Positions 1 to 9,567 of a stretch of DNA of 32,000 nt are shown one piece after another (the stretch's first letter is position 1; each line of letters starts with the position of its first letter). Below the pieces are notes generated by a model. That model did not search any database. It was not told where the DNA came from and was given only the letters and a program-made list of their open reading frames with translations. The stretch is from Geobacter sulfurreducens PCA. Its GTDB lineage: Bacteria; Desulfobacterota; Desulfuromonadia; Geobacterales; Geobacteraceae. The stretch is from assembly GCF_000007985.2 (NCBI RefSeq), contig NC_002939.5:870001-902000 (forward strand), in the 5' to 3' direction. Both the position numbers and the translations under genes were made by a program.

Positions 1-857
1 TCTTCCTCCAGATTCCTCGTGCTGGCGGCCATGATGCGCACGTCCGCCTCGATGGACCTAGTTCCACCGGCCCGCTCGAATTTCCGCTCCTGGATGAGGC
101 GCAGGAGCTTCGCCTGGGCGCGGGGCGGCATGTCGCCGATCTCATCCAGAAACATGGTGCCGCCGTTGGCCAGGTCGAGCTTCCCCTTTTTCTGGGTCGC
201 GGCACCGGCAAAGCCCTTTTCGTGGCCGAAGAGCTCGCTCTCGATGAGTTCTTCGGGCAGGGCGGCGCAGTCGAGTTCCACGAAGGGCCGGTCGCGGCGG
301 GGGCTGTGGTAGTGCAGCGACCGGGCCGCCAGTTCCTTGCCGGCCCCGTTTTCGCCGGTGATGAGCACCGGCGCGTCGGCCGGGCCGGCCAGCCGGACTT
401 GCTCCCGCAGCCGTCCCATGGCCTCCGACTCCCCCATGATCTCGTGTCCCCTGAAGCTCAGGGCGCGCAGCGAATCGTTCTCGGCCCGGAGCCGTCCTGC
501 GTCCAGGCCGTTGCGGACCGTGACCAGGATCTTTTCCAGGGAGAGGGGTTTCTCGATGAAGTCGAAGGCCCCCATTTTGGTGGACTTCACTGCCGTTTCA
601 ATGGTGCCGTGGCCCGACATCATGACCACCGTGAGGCCGGGGTCGGCCGTCTTGAGCCGTTGGAGGGTCTCCATGCCGTCCAGCCTGGGCATCCAGATGT
701 CCAAAAGCACCAGGTCGGGCCGATCTTTCTGGACCGTCTCCAGGGCCTCGACGCCGTCGCGCGCGAAGGCGGTCCGGTACCCCTCGTCCTCCAGAATGCC
801 GGCCAGGGCCGTGCGGATGTCCTGTTCGTCGTCCACGACGAGTATCGTTTCGTTCAC
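1..857 (-). CDS. NtrX/NtrC-family response regulator (receiver + sigma-54-activator-type AAA+ domain); 3' end outside window
   Basis: Not in the ORF track because there is no stop inside the window. My reverse translation from GTG at 857-855 gives [42 protein letters not shown] (receiver), then [12 protein letters not shown] (Walker A), [15 protein letters not shown] and [12 protein letters not shown] (Walker B). A GAGG Shine-Dalgarno lies 5 nt upstream. The gene starts 10 nt after the stop of the upstream kinase gene. Confidence 0.9.
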   Translation of the reverse strand, partial: MNETILVVDDEQDIRTALAGILEDEGYRTAFARDGVEALETVQKDRPDLVLLDIWMPRLDGMETLQRLKTADPGLTVVMMSGHGTIETAVKSTKMGAFDFIEKPLSLEKILVTVRNGLDAGRLRAENDSLRALSFRGHEIMGESEAMGRLREQVRLAGPADAPVLITGENGAGKELAARSLHYHSPRRDRPFVELDCAALPEELIESELFGHEKGFAGAATQKKGKLDLANGGTMFLDEIGDMPPRAQAKLLRLIQERKFERAGGTRSIEADVRIMAASTRNLEE

Positions 858-867
858 GTAATCCTCT

Positions 868-3114
868 CTATCCCGTCACGGGCAGTTCGATGACGAACTT
901 GGTCCCCCGGGGCTCGTTGTCCCGCACCCGGATGAACCCGTGATGGTCGGTGATGATGCTGCTGACGATGGCGAGCCCCAGGCCGGTGCCCGACGCCTTG
1001 GTGGAGAAGTAGGGCTCGAAGACCCGCGTCTTGTCCTCCGGGGGGATGCCCGGCCCCGTATCGGCCACGGTCACCACCGCCATTTTCAGCTCCGGATCGA
1101 AGCGGCTCATGATCCGGACCTCGCCCGTCCCCCCCATGGCCGCCACGGCGTTGTCCAGGAGGTTGATGAAGACCCGCTTGATCTGGTCCCGGTCCAGCTG
1201 CAGCAGGGGCAGCCGGTCGTCGGCGCTGAAGCCGAACGCGACGCCGCGGTGCCCTTCCCGGAAGAGGGTGACTGCCTCGCGGATGACGGCGTTCAGGTCG
1301 TTGGGGGAGGGATGGGCCGCAGGCATCCGGGCGAAGTTGGAGAACTCGTCCACCAGGGTCTTCAGTTCGTCAACGGATTTGACGATCATGGCCGTGCACT
1401 CGTCAAAGACCCGGTCTTCGTCGCCGAAGCGGGGAAGGTAGCGCTTGCGCAGCCGTTGGGCCGAGAGCTGGATCGGGGTCAGCGGATTCTTGATCTCGTG
1501 GGCGATGCGGCGGGCCACCTCGCGCCAGGCGGCCATCCGCTGGGCCTTGATCAACTGGGTCATGTCGTCGAAGACCACCACGGTGCCGAGGAATTCGCCG
1601 CTCTCGTCCCGCAGGACCGACAGGTTGAAGAGGAACGTCGCCCGGCTGTCCCGCACCGGCACCGTGATCTGGCGGCTGATGCTGTCCTTCTTGGCCATGA
1701 CCATGTCCCGCAGGACCCCCTTCACGATGTCGAGCTGCTCTCCCTTGAGCACCTCCCGGAAGTTGTGGCCCACGGCCCGGGGCATGTCGATCTGCAGGAG
1801 CCGGGCCGCTGAGGGGTTGATGGTGGTTATCGTCCCCCCCCGGTCCACGGCGATGACCCCGGCAGCCACGTTGCGGAGCACAATTTCCATATGGCGCCGC
1901 CGCTGTTCCAGTTCCTGGTTGCTGCGCGACAACTCGTCGTTGGCGTTTTTCAGGGCCAGCTGGTTGCTTCGCAGGTCGTCGGTCATCTTGTTGAAGGCGG
2001 CCACCAGCATGCCCAGCTCATCGTCGGTCCGCTGGCCCAGGCGGATGTTCAGGTTTCCCTCGGCCACCTGACGGGTCGCTTCGGCCAGTTCCTGGATCGG
2101 CGTGGTGAGGCTGTTGGCCAGGTGGAGTCCGAACCAGACCGCCAGGAAGATAATCACCATGGTGATCAGGAACAGGGCCAGGATGTAGCCGGACCGGATG
2201 GGATTCTTCAGGATTTTGAGCTGACGGAACTGCTCGTAGGAGGCGGTGATCTCCCGCATTTTCTCCACCAGGGAGTAGGGGACGAAGTAGTTGACCACCA
2301 CCGCCCCCACCACCTCGTCGGCGCGGTAGGTGGAATAGATCGGCACGATGCCGCGGATGAGGTCGGCCTTACCCACCGTGTTGACCCGGGTCAGTTCCTT
2401 GCCGTTGAGCCCCTGCTTGATGTCTTCGGAGGAAGGGTTGGTGAACTCCCCCAGCGGGAGCCCCGGGTTCGCGGCGCGGACCAGCTCCTCATTCTGGGCC
2501 GAGTAGACCTCCACGATTCCCAGGTTGTACTCCTTCTGCTTCTGGCGGATCAGCTCCTTCATCCGCGGCAGGTTCTCGTCGTTGAGCAGGCGCTGGTCCC
2601 GGATGATGGCGCTGATCTGGTTACCGTAGTAGAGAGCGTTGGCCGCCGAATTCTTGTAGTAGGTCTGGGCAACCTCCAGCGATTCGGAGAGGGAGTTTTC
2701 GATCTGGGTGTTGAACCAGTTGCGGATGCTCTGGTTCACGTAGGTGGCCGAGACAAAGAACAGGAGCATGGTGGGGATGATGGAGAGGCTCACGAAGGCG
2801 ATGACGAGTTTCGTGCGCAGGTTGGCCCCCAGGGCCTTGCCCCGTCGCTCCATCAGAAGCTTTGCCACGTTGCGGAACAGAAGGTAGATGAGGAGGATGA
2901 TCAGCAGGATGATGACGTTGATGACGCCGAAGATCAGGAAGTTGCTCCCCATCGGCACATCGGAGCTGATGCGCGACAGGTGGATCTCCACCCGGGTCAG
3001 GATCAGGATCAGGAGCACCGACAGGGCGATGACGATCCCTTCGCGGCGCCGCTTGATCCGTTCCCGTTCGGCTGGTGTTGCTGTAGGCGTGCTGTCCGTG
3101 GTCCGTTTGTCCAT
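868..3114 (-). CDS. NtrY-like sensor histidine kinase (TM-HAMP-PAS-HisKA-HATPase)
   Basis: ORF 868..3150 (760 aa). It has N-terminal hydrophobic helices and a HAMP-like segment ([38 protein letters not shown]). It also has a PAS-like segment ([28 protein letters not shown]), H-box [18 protein letters not shown]-box [10 protein letters not shown] and G-boxes DTGPGIP and [10 protein letters not shown] set the start at ATG 3114 (MDKRTTD..) because the GTG at 3150 lies next to or inside the putative -10 box. Confidence 0.9.
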   Translation of the reverse strand: MDKRTTDSTPTATPAERERIKRRREGIVIALSVLLILILTRVEIHLSRISSDVPMGSNFLIFGVINVIILLIILLIYLLFRNVAKLLMERRGKALGANLRTKLVIAFVSLSIIPTMLLFFVSATYVNQSIRNWFNTQIENSLSESLEVAQTYYKNSAANALYYGNQISAIIRDQRLLNDENLPRMKELIRQKQKEYNLGIVEVYSAQNEELVRAANPGLPLGEFTNPSSEDIKQGLNGKELTRVNTVGKADLIRGIVPIYSTYRADEVVGAVVVNYFVPYSLVEKMREITASYEQFRQLKILKNPIRSGYILALFLITMVIIFLAVWFGLHLANSLTTPIQELAEATRQVAEGNLNIRLGQRTDDELGMLVAAFNKMTDDLRSNQLALKNANDELSRSNQELEQRRRHMEIVLRNVAAGVIAVDRGGTITTINPSAARLLQIDMPRAVGHNFREVLKGEQLDIVKGVLRDMVMAKKDSISRQITVPVRDSRATFLFNLSVLRDESGEFLGTVVVFDDMTQLIKAQRMAAWREVARRIAHEIKNPLTPIQLSAQRLRKRYLPRFGDEDRVFDECTAMIVKSVDELKTLVDEFSNFARMPAAHPSPNDLNAVIREAVTLFREGHRGVAFGFSADDRLPLLQLDRDQIKRVFINLLDNAVAAMGGTGEVRIMSRFDPELKMAVVTVADTGPGIPPEDKTRVFEPYFSTKASGTGLGLAIVSSIITDHHGFIRVRDNEPRGTKFVIELPVTG

Positions 3115-3150
3115 GGGGCGTCCGAGGTGTGGCGTAAATGCAACAGTCAC

Positions 3151-3179
3151 ACTCTAGCGGAACGCAGCGGATTATGCAA
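3151..3179 (-). promoter_or_regulatory. putative sigma-70 promoter for the NtrY-like kinase operon
   Basis: Minus strand reads TTGCAT (3179-3174), a 17-nt spacer, then TAGAGT (3156-3151). The predicted TSS is about 30 nt upstream of ATG 3114. Confidence 0.4.
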
Positions 3180-3214
3180 GGAGTCGATGTGGCGGGAGAA
3201 ATACGCCCCGGATG

Positions 3215-3242
3215 AAAAAACGGGGAGAGTGGCCTCTCCCCG
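3215..3242 (-). terminator. rho-independent terminator ending the mla operon
   Basis: Minus strand reads CGGGGAGAG-gcca-CTCTCCCCG (9-bp perfect GC-rich stem, 4-nt loop) followed immediately by TTTTTT. It lies 28 nt downstream of the mlaC stop. Confidence 0.8.
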
Positions 3243-3269
3243 CGTCGATGCTGCCAAGTGCCGTCACGC

Positions 3270-3872
3270 TTACGGCATGCTGATCTCCTTGTTCTTGGAG
3301 CGCAGTTTTTTTACCAGTTCCGCGTACCCCTGGTTGGTGATGATCTTGTTGAACTGGGTCCGGTAGTTGGAGACGAGGCTGACCCCTTCGATGACGATGT
3401 CGTAGACCACCCACTTGCCGCCCTTGAGCATGAGGCGGTAGTCGAGAGAGTACTCGTCGCGCCGGGCGGTGACGATCTTGCTCCTGACCTCGGCATAGTC
3501 GCCGTCGATGGCCTCCTTCAGGTAAACCACCTTCTCCTGGTTGTAGGACTCGATCTTGCCGGCGTAGGAGTTCTCCAGCAGATTTTCGAAGAGATCCACG
3601 AACTCCTTCTTCTCGGCGGCGTTCCGATCGCGCCAGTGGCGCGCCATGGCCCGCTGGGCCATTTCGGCGGAATCGAACACCGTGCCGATGGCCCGCTTGA
3701 TCTCCTGGCGGCGCCGTTTTTCGTTCTGGGGCTTTTTCAGTTCCTTGTCCGAGACGATTTTGATGACGTCGTCAACGGTCTTCTTCACCGTTTCGGTGGG
3801 CGAGGGCTGGGCCAGGGCGGTGCCGGAGACGGCCAGGGTGACGAAGAGGATGGGAAGCAGGATCCATTTCAT
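3270..3872 (-). CDS. mlaC: MlaC/Ttg2D-family periplasmic phospholipid-binding protein
   Basis: 200-aa ORF with signal peptide MKWILLPILFVTLAVSGTALA. The body shows the typical MlaC pattern: FDSAEMAQRAMARHW, FVDLFENLLENSYAGKIESY, KWVVYDIVIEGVSLVSNYRTQF. Confidence 0.9.
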   Translation of the reverse strand: MKWILLPILFVTLAVSGTALAQPSPTETVKKTVDDVIKIVSDKELKKPQNEKRRRQEIKRAIGTVFDSAEMAQRAMARHWRDRNAAEKKEFVDLFENLLENSYAGKIESYNQEKVVYLKEAIDGDYAEVRSKIVTARRDEYSLDYRLMLKGGKWVVYDIVIEGVSLVSNYRTQFNKIITNQGYAELVKKLRSKNKEISMP

Positions 3873-3893
3873 GGAGCAGAGACCTCCTGGTGC

Positions 3894-5252
3894 TCAGTTA
3901 AGCGGCGCCTGGCCCACGGCGTGGTCGAGCCGGGCCAGGGCCATGTTCTGGTTGTAGATGGCCTGGAAGTAGGCGGCGCGCATGCGGGCGTAGTTCTGGA
4001 GCCCGTCGAAGATCTCCTGGGCCGGTCCGACGCCGAAGTCATAGTTGGCCACGGAGGCCACCACCCAGCGCTTGGCGTTGGTGTACGCCTCTTTCATGGC
4101 GGTGGCGCTCGCCTCGGCCTCCCTGGCTTCGAGCCACGCCTTGCGGATCTGGAGCGGGATGAACTCGTCGGCGTAGGCCTTGGTGGAGAGGAGCCGGTTG
4201 TACTGGGCCCGTTCGCCCGCCACCTTGGCGCCGGTGATGCCGAAGTCAAGCTTCCACTTTACCCCCAGGGCGATGCCGGCCCAGACGTGGTTGAAATCGT
4301 CGGGCACAAAGGGATTGTCGATTCGGGTCCGCTTGTCGGCGTAGGCGGCAGAGACGTAGCCCCCCAGGAAGAGGTCGGGCCAGTAGTTGGCCTTTGCCGC
4401 CTCCACCAGGGCTTCGCGGGCCTTGATCCCCTCGTTGAGCTGGCGGAACTCCGGCCGCCGGGTCCGGGCCTCTTCCACGTAGGCAGTCAGGTCGCCCAGG
4501 GTGGCGCCGGCGGGCTGAAGCCGTTCGGCGTCGATGTCGACCGCTTCGGCGGGCGAGAGCCCCATGCGGGTCTTGAGGGCGGCCAGGGCAAGCTGCTCGC
4601 CTTTGGTGGCCTCCTCCAGGTATTTGGCCACTTCGCCCCGGAAGGCGTCGAGCTTGTAGATGTCCAGTTCGTCGGCGTTGGGGGATCCCTTGTCGATCAG
4701 CTTGCGGGCCTTGGTCTTGGCGTCGTCCAGAATGTCGCGCGTCTCCAGGACCAGTTCCCTCAGCTCCCGGGCCAGGAGGATGCCGTAGTAGTATTCCTTG
4801 ACCTGGAGCGCCACGTCGGTGCCCTTCTGGTCCTTCTTGGCCCGGTCAACCTCGATGCCGTGGCTGGCGGCCTTCATGTTCTCGGAAATCTTGCCGAAGG
4901 TGTAGAGGGGCTGGACCAGGGTTGCGTCGCCCCGCTGGAACCAGGTCCAGCGCTCGGTGTCGTTGATGCCGTCCGGCGAGTAGACCTGGTTGCCCCGTGC
5001 CTGGGGCACTGGTCCGATGAGGCCCAGGAATTCGATCTGGGGATAGCGGTGGGCCTTGGCCTCGTCCAGCTTGGCCGAGGTGGCGTCGATGTCCGCCTGG
5101 GCCTCGCCCAGTTCAGGGGCGGCGGTGAGCGCCTTTTTGATGCAGTCGTCGAGGGTGAGCTTCGTCCCGGCGCCGGCGTCGGCGCCCCACGCCGCTGCCA
5201 GCGGCAGGAGCGTTACGGCCAGTGCGAGAGCCGTCCGTCTGAGTGCCTTCAT
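3894..5252 (-). CDS. TolC-family outer membrane efflux protein embedded in the mla operon
   Basis: 452-aa ORF with signal peptide MKALRRTALALAVTLLPLAAAWG. It opens with the TolC-type LTLDDCIKKAL motif and has two repeated coiled-coil/beta halves (..YPQIEF.., ..YWPDLFLGGY..). Confidence 0.9.
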   Translation of the reverse strand: MKALRRTALALAVTLLPLAAAWGADAGAGTKLTLDDCIKKALTAAPELGEAQADIDATSAKLDEAKAHRYPQIEFLGLIGPVPQARGNQVYSPDGINDTERWTWFQRGDATLVQPLYTFGKISENMKAASHGIEVDRAKKDQKGTDVALQVKEYYYGILLARELRELVLETRDILDDAKTKARKLIDKGSPNADELDIYKLDAFRGEVAKYLEEATKGEQLALAALKTRMGLSPAEAVDIDAERLQPAGATLGDLTAYVEEARTRRPEFRQLNEGIKAREALVEAAKANYWPDLFLGGYVSAAYADKRTRIDNPFVPDDFNHVWAGIALGVKWKLDFGITGAKVAGERAQYNRLLSTKAYADEFIPLQIRKAWLEAREAEASATAMKEAYTNAKRWVVASVANYDFGVGPAQEIFDGLQNYARMRAAYFQAIYNQNMALARLDHAVGQAPLN

Positions 5253-5297
5253 GGTTGGTCCCTCCGTCAGGTGTCCGGATGAATTCTGCGTCCCGTT

Positions 5298-5747
5298 TTA
5301 TTCGACGTTCCCGTGGATGTACTTGCTCAGGAGCTCTTCCAGGTCCACGGTCGATTCCGTGTCGCGGATGCGGCCGCCGTCGGCCAGCAGCTTGTCCGCC
5401 CCCCCCGGCTTGAGCTTGATGAATTTGTCGCCGATGATGCCGCTGGTCCGAACCGAGGCGATCACGTCGTCCTGGAGCTTGACGCCGTCCCTGATCCTCA
5501 GGTAGACCCGTGCCCGGTCGTTGGAGGAGTCGAGCTCGATCCGGTCGACCCGACCGACCTCCACCCCGGCTATTTCGACGGTGGCGCCTTTTTTGAGGCC
5601 CGATACCGAGTCGAAATCCGCGGAGACCTGATAGTGGTCCCCCCCCAGCAACTCCATCTGTCCCAGCCTTACGGAGAGCCAGGCAAGGCAGATGATGCCG
5701 ACCAGGACAAATATGCCTACTATCAATTCGAGAGTGACTCTTTTCAT
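5298..5747 (-). CDS. mlaD: MlaD (single MCE domain, membrane anchored)
   Basis: 149-aa ORF with an N-terminal TM helix (LELIVGIFVLVGIICLAWLSV). This is followed by an MCE-domain pattern: YQVSADFDSVSGLKKGATVEIAGVEVGRVDRIEL..ARVYLRI. Confidence 0.9.
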   Translation of the reverse strand: MKRVTLELIVGIFVLVGIICLAWLSVRLGQMELLGGDHYQVSADFDSVSGLKKGATVEIAGVEVGRVDRIELDSSNDRARVYLRIRDGVKLQDDVIASVRTSGIIGDKFIKLKPGGADKLLADGGRIRDTESTVDLEELLSKYIHGNVE

Positions 5748-5759
5748 GGGCCTACCTTT

Positions 5760-6506
5760 TTAGATGAACTGAATGGGGCCTTCGAGGCTGCCGCTGATGA
5801 ACTGCCGCACCACCGGATGCTCCGAGCGCCGGATATCCTCCGACGTGCCCTGCTCGATGATCTTTCCCCGGTACAACATCGCCACGTTCTCGGAGATGTC
5901 GAAGATCTCCGGGATTTCGTGGGAAACGATGACCGCCGTGTAACCGAACCGCTCGTGGGTCTCCCGGATCAGCTCATGGATGGCCCGGCAGATGATGGGG
6001 TCGAGTCCGGTGGTCGGCTCGTCGAACAGGATGATCCGCGGGTTCAGGAGCAGGGCCCGCGCCAGCCCCACCCGCTTCTTCATGCCTCCGGACAGTTCGT
6101 CGGGGAATTTCTTGTCCACATTCCTGAGCCCCACGTGCTCAAGCGCATCGTGGACCCGGTCGCTGATCTCCGAGCGGCTCAGATGGGTCTTCTCCTCCAG
6201 GGGGAAGGCCACGTTCTCGAACACGGTCAGGGAGTCGAACAGGGCCGCGTTCTGGAACAGCATGCCGAACTTCTCCCAGACACGGTTCATCTGGTAGCGG
6301 CGCATGGTGGTGATGTTCTCGCCTTCCACGAACACCTCGCCCCGGTCCGGTTTCATGAGGCCGATCATGTGCTTGAGCAGCACGCTCTTTCCCTCGCCGC
6401 TGGGGCCGATCACCGCGGTGATCTTCCCTTCAGGGATCTCCATGGTGAGGCCGTCGAGCACCACTTGGCTGCCGAATGATTTATGGACGTCAACGAGTCT
6501 GATCAT
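5760..6506 (-). CDS. mlaF: MlaF ABC transporter ATP-binding protein
   Basis: 248-aa ORF with Walker A GPSGEGKS, ABC signature LSGGMKKR, Walker B ILFDEPTTGLD and H-loop VIVSHE. Confidence 0.93.
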   Translation of the reverse strand: MIRLVDVHKSFGSQVVLDGLTMEIPEGKITAVIGPSGEGKSVLLKHMIGLMKPDRGEVFVEGENITTMRRYQMNRVWEKFGMLFQNAALFDSLTVFENVAFPLEEKTHLSRSEISDRVHDALEHVGLRNVDKKFPDELSGGMKKRVGLARALLLNPRIILFDEPTTGLDPIICRAIHELIRETHERFGYTAVIVSHEIPEIFDISENVAMLYRGKIIEQGTSEDIRRSEHPVVRQFISGSLEGPIQFI

Positions 6507-6509
6507 GGC

Positions 6510-7283
6510 CTATAACATAACTGAAGTCAGGAAGTAGTCCCAGATGAGCACCAGCACCGACGACATGACCACCGCCTCGGTGGTGGCCCGCGAAACCCCC
6601 TCGGCGCCGTGGCTGGCGTGATATCCCTTGTAGCAGCAGACCCAGGCGATGATGCCTCCGAAGGAAAACGATTTCACGATGCCGGACCAGACGTCCTTCC
6701 ACTCCACGCTCCGCTCCATCTCGGAGAAGTAGGCGCCCGGGTTGACTCCCAGCAGTTTCACCCCCACCACGTAACCGCCGTAGATGCCGACCACGTCGAA
6801 GATGGCGCAGAGAAGCGGCAGTGCAATCAGAGCTGCCAGGATCTTGGGGGAAACCAGATACTTGAATGGCTCCAGGGCCATGGTCTTCAGGGCATCGATC
6901 TGTTCGGTGATCTTTTTAATGCCGATCTCGGCGGTAATGGCGCTGCCGGCCCGGCCAACCACCATGAGGGCCGAGAGGACCGGCCCCAGCTCCCGGATGA
7001 GGGAGAGGGCCACGGCCGAGCCGAGCATTCCCTCGGAGCCGAATTTTGCCAGGGTGTAGTACCCCTGGAGACCCAGCACCATCCCCGTGAAGGCGGCGGT
7101 CAGGACGATGACGAAGAGCGATTTGGCGCCGATGAAGTGGATCTGCTTGTAGATGTGGATCGGCTTGCCGGGCCTGATCACGATGTTGACGAGGGCATAG
7201 GTGAGGAAGATGAGCATCTTCCCCATCTCCCTCACCACGAAGAGGGTGAGGGCGCCGATCTTTTCAATGGATGATACCAGCAA
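6510..7283 (-). CDS. mlaE: MlaE ABC transporter permease
   Basis: ORF 6510..7337 is a polytopic membrane protein with the MlaE-type core LIRELGPVLSALMVVGRAGSAITAEIGIKKITEQIDALKTMA. I place the start at TTG 7283, which has GGAG 6 nt upstream, because the TTG at 7337 lies upstream of the putative -10 box. The start remains uncertain. Confidence 0.88.
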   Translation of the reverse strand: MLVSSIEKIGALTLFVVREMGKMLIFLTYALVNIVIRPGKPIHIYKQIHFIGAKSLFVIVLTAAFTGMVLGLQGYYTLAKFGSEGMLGSAVALSLIRELGPVLSALMVVGRAGSAITAEIGIKKITEQIDALKTMALEPFKYLVSPKILAALIALPLLCAIFDVVGIYGGYVVGVKLLGVNPGAYFSEMERSVEWKDVWSGIVKSFSFGGIIAWVCCYKGYHASHGAEGVSRATTEAVVMSSVLVLIWDYFLTSVML

Positions 7284-7315
7284 GGAACGCTCCGGATGTG
7301 AGGTTGACGGGTCAC

Positions 7316-7343
7316 AGTATACGCACAAACCGCGCAAAGTAAA
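7316..7343 (-). promoter_or_regulatory. putative sigma-70 promoter of the mla operon
   Basis: Minus strand reads TTTACT (7343-7338), a 16-nt spacer, then TATACT (7321-7316). The -35 element is weak. Confidence 0.35.
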
Positions 7344-7384
7344 GCATTAGAGCTCGTTCATCACGGCCTGCGGGGGGTGACGCC

Positions 7385-9010
7385 TCACAGGATGAAGTCC
7401 GTTGAGAGGAAGGTGGAGCGCCGCTCTCGCACGATGTCGGTGATGATTTCCTTGTTGATTTCGTGGTTTCGTGCCGCCACCAGGGTCCGGAGCGAGAAGG
7501 CGCGCAGGGCGTCCGACACCGACAGGGTCCCAACGGCCGAGTCCTTGCGGCCGGTGAAGGGGAAGACATCGGGACCCCGCTGGCACTGACTGTTGATGTT
7601 GACCCGTGACACCTGGTTCACCAGATGGTCGATGAGCGGTGCCAGCAGGGCGCTGTTGCGGCCGAAGATGCTTACCTGCTGGCCGTAGTCCGATTCGCGG
7701 ATGGCGCGGATCGGCTCCTCGATGTCGGTGAACGGGACTATTGGCACTACCGGTCCGAACTGCTCCTCGGTGTAGAGGCGCATCCCCGGCGCCACTGGAT
7801 AGACCAGGGCCGGGTGGAAGTAGGTGCCGGTGACCGTGCCGCCCCCCTCGTTCACCACCGCTGCCCCGCGGGCCGAGGCATCGGCCAGCAGTTCCTCCAG
7901 GTAGGCGGTCTTCCCCTCCTCGGGCAGGGGGGTGATCATCACCCCCGCTTGCCAGGGCATGCCGGTGCCGATGGCCGACAGGGCCCGGGAAAAGAGGGCA
8001 ATGAACTGCTGCGCCACGGATTCGTGGACAAAGAGGAGCTTCAGGGCCGTGCAGCGCTGGCCGTTGAAGGCGAGGCTGCCGGCCAGGCATTCCTCCACCG
8101 CCAGGTTGAGATCGGCGTCAGGCAGGACGATGGCGGGGTTTTTCGCTTCGAGCCCCAGGACCAGCCGGAGTCGGTTGGGGCGGGGATGATCCTTCAGCAG
8201 TGTATTGGCCGCCTTGCTCGTGCCGATGAAGGCCAGCACGTCGATCCGGCCGGACCGCATCAGGGTGGGGGTCAGGGCACGTCCGGCGCCGAGCAGTACG
8301 TTTACCACCCCCGGAGGGAACGCCTCGCGCAGGGCGGCCAGGAGCGGCGCGAACAGGAGCACCCCGTGGCGCGGGGGCTTCATGACCACCGTGTTCCCCA
8401 TGATCAGGGCCGGGATCAGGGTGGTGAAGGTCTCGTTGAGGGGATAGTTGTAGGGCCCCATGCAGAGGGCCACCCCAAGCGGGCCCCGGCGGATCTGGCC
8501 GATGATCCCTTGCTCGATCACGAAGCGGGAGGAGACCCGGTCCAGCTCCTTGAGGGCGTCGATGGTGTCGGTGATGTAGACGACGGTCCGGTCGAATTCC
8601 TTTTCCGCATCGGAACGGGTCTTGCCGATCTCCCACATGATCAGCCGGACCACTGCTTCCCTCTGTTCCTTCATGAGGGACGCGAAGTGCTGTACATGCC
8701 GGATCCGGTCGGCCACTCCCATGGTGGGCCACCGTCCCCTGCCGCAGTCGTAGGCCGCGGTGGCGGCATCGAGGGCGGCATGGGCGTCGGCCTCGCCCAT
8801 GAGAGGGAAGCTTCCGATCCGTACGCGCTCGGGGCCGCCGGGTGTCCGGACGCAGACCGGGGAGAATACATCCTGAACGGCCCCCTGCCAGTGGCGGAGC
8901 TCGCCGTTCAGCAGGTAGTCCCGCAGTTCCACCGGAGCGGACAGGAGCTGCTGGGGAGGGATTTCATCCGGGGAAGGGAAGAAGGTGGGGATGCGTTCCG
9001 CGATGGACAT
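7385..9010 (-). CDS. aldehyde dehydrogenase family protein, GapN-like (non-phosphorylating NADP-dependent type)
   Basis: 541-aa ORF with ALDH signatures: catalytic Cys in FNGQRCTALK, general-base Glu in LGLEAKNP, and cofactor region AFIGTSKAAN. The overall pattern (MWEIGKTRSDAEKEFDRT.., EEQFGPVVPIVPF) resembles GapN-type enzymes. Confidence 0.85.
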   Translation of the reverse strand: MSIAERIPTFFPSPDEIPPQQLLSAPVELRDYLLNGELRHWQGAVQDVFSPVCVRTPGGPERVRIGSFPLMGEADAHAALDAATAAYDCGRGRWPTMGVADRIRHVQHFASLMKEQREAVVRLIMWEIGKTRSDAEKEFDRTVVYITDTIDALKELDRVSSRFVIEQGIIGQIRRGPLGVALCMGPYNYPLNETFTTLIPALIMGNTVVMKPPRHGVLLFAPLLAALREAFPPGVVNVLLGAGRALTPTLMRSGRIDVLAFIGTSKAANTLLKDHPRPNRLRLVLGLEAKNPAIVLPDADLNLAVEECLAGSLAFNGQRCTALKLLFVHESVAQQFIALFSRALSAIGTGMPWQAGVMITPLPEEGKTAYLEELLADASARGAAVVNEGGGTVTGTYFHPALVYPVAPGMRLYTEEQFGPVVPIVPFTDIEEPIRAIRESDYGQQVSIFGRNSALLAPLIDHLVNQVSRVNINSQCQRGPDVFPFTGRKDSAVGTLSVSDALRAFSLRTLVAARNHEINKEIITDIVRERRSTFLSTDFIL

Positions 9011-9120
9011 GGGGCGTTTCCTCCTGGCGCGTGGTATGCTGAAAGAAGTTTAATCAGTTTCAGCGGGGAAGCAAGGAGGTATACGGTACGGAATCCCGGC
9101 GGGGAGGGCCGGCGGTGTTA

Positions 9121-9480
9121 TCAGTTCTGTACTCCGTTCGCCTTTTTCACGATCGCCATGACGTCGCGGAGGTCGATTTTCCCGTCCGGACAGGGGGCGC
9201 CGTTGATGCGGGGGTAGACGTCGCCCCGAGTGGCCTGCTCGTCGGTGGGGGTGGCTTGGCCGACGGCTATCCGGAGCGCCGCAAGGGCATCCTGGATGGT
9301 GACCGCGCCGTCGCCGTTCAGGTCGCCGTCACTATCCCGGGAGAGGGTCATGCAGCGGTACATGCCGCTGGGGTCCTCCTCCAGCGCAGTCGCCCGGCCG
9401 GGCATGAGCGCCGCGGCTGCGAGGAAGACCACCAGGGTCGCACCGACGATTCCGACGGAATACCGAGTGTACTGTTCCAT
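9121..9480 (-). CDS. small membrane-anchored/secreted protein with dockerin-like Ca-binding repeats
   Basis: Only the last 119 codons of ORF 9121..10176 look real. The ATG at 9480 is preceded by AAGGAAA. The protein has an N-terminal hydrophobic helix (VGIVGATLVVFLAAAALM) and two dockerin-type repeats: DSDGDLNGDGAVTIQDALAAL and GDVYPRINGAPCPDGKIDLRDVMAIV. Confidence 0.75.
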   Translation of the reverse strand: MEQYTRYSVGIVGATLVVFLAAAALMPGRATALEEDPSGMYRCMTLSRDSDGDLNGDGAVTIQDALAALRIAVGQATPTDEQATRGDVYPRINGAPCPDGKIDLRDVMAIVKKANGVQN

Positions 9481-9567
9481 GGCATTTCCTTTTGCATTGG
9501 TGACTGTTATACAAAGGTATAAACGAAAACCGGCCATGTGCCAACAGCGAAAATCGAGGGGGCGACC

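Noticed and set aside
3258-5282. 674-aa plus-strand ORF spanning the mlaC, TolC-like and mlaD region
   Set aside because: It is an antisense shadow ORF typical of high-GC DNA. Its product is low-complexity (Gly/Val/Asp/Leu/His-rich) with no motifs. The opposite strand encodes three proteins with clear family signatures and proper RBS and signal peptides.
9025-9040. Sigma-54-like motif TGGCGC-N5-ATGCT on the plus strand
   Set aside because: The GG-N10-GC spacing is right. However, it overlaps the 5' end/RBS region of the minus-strand ALDH gene. It also points into a minus-strand gene, and the nearest plus-strand gene is about 500 bp away. A chance match is more likely.
7625-9217. 530-aa plus-strand ORF, plus same-strand out-of-frame ORFs 7347..8090 and 8118..8732
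   Set aside because: These overlap the well-supported aldehyde dehydrogenase gene. Their products are Pro/Arg/Gly/His-rich and low-complexity, consistent with out-of-frame or antisense artefacts.
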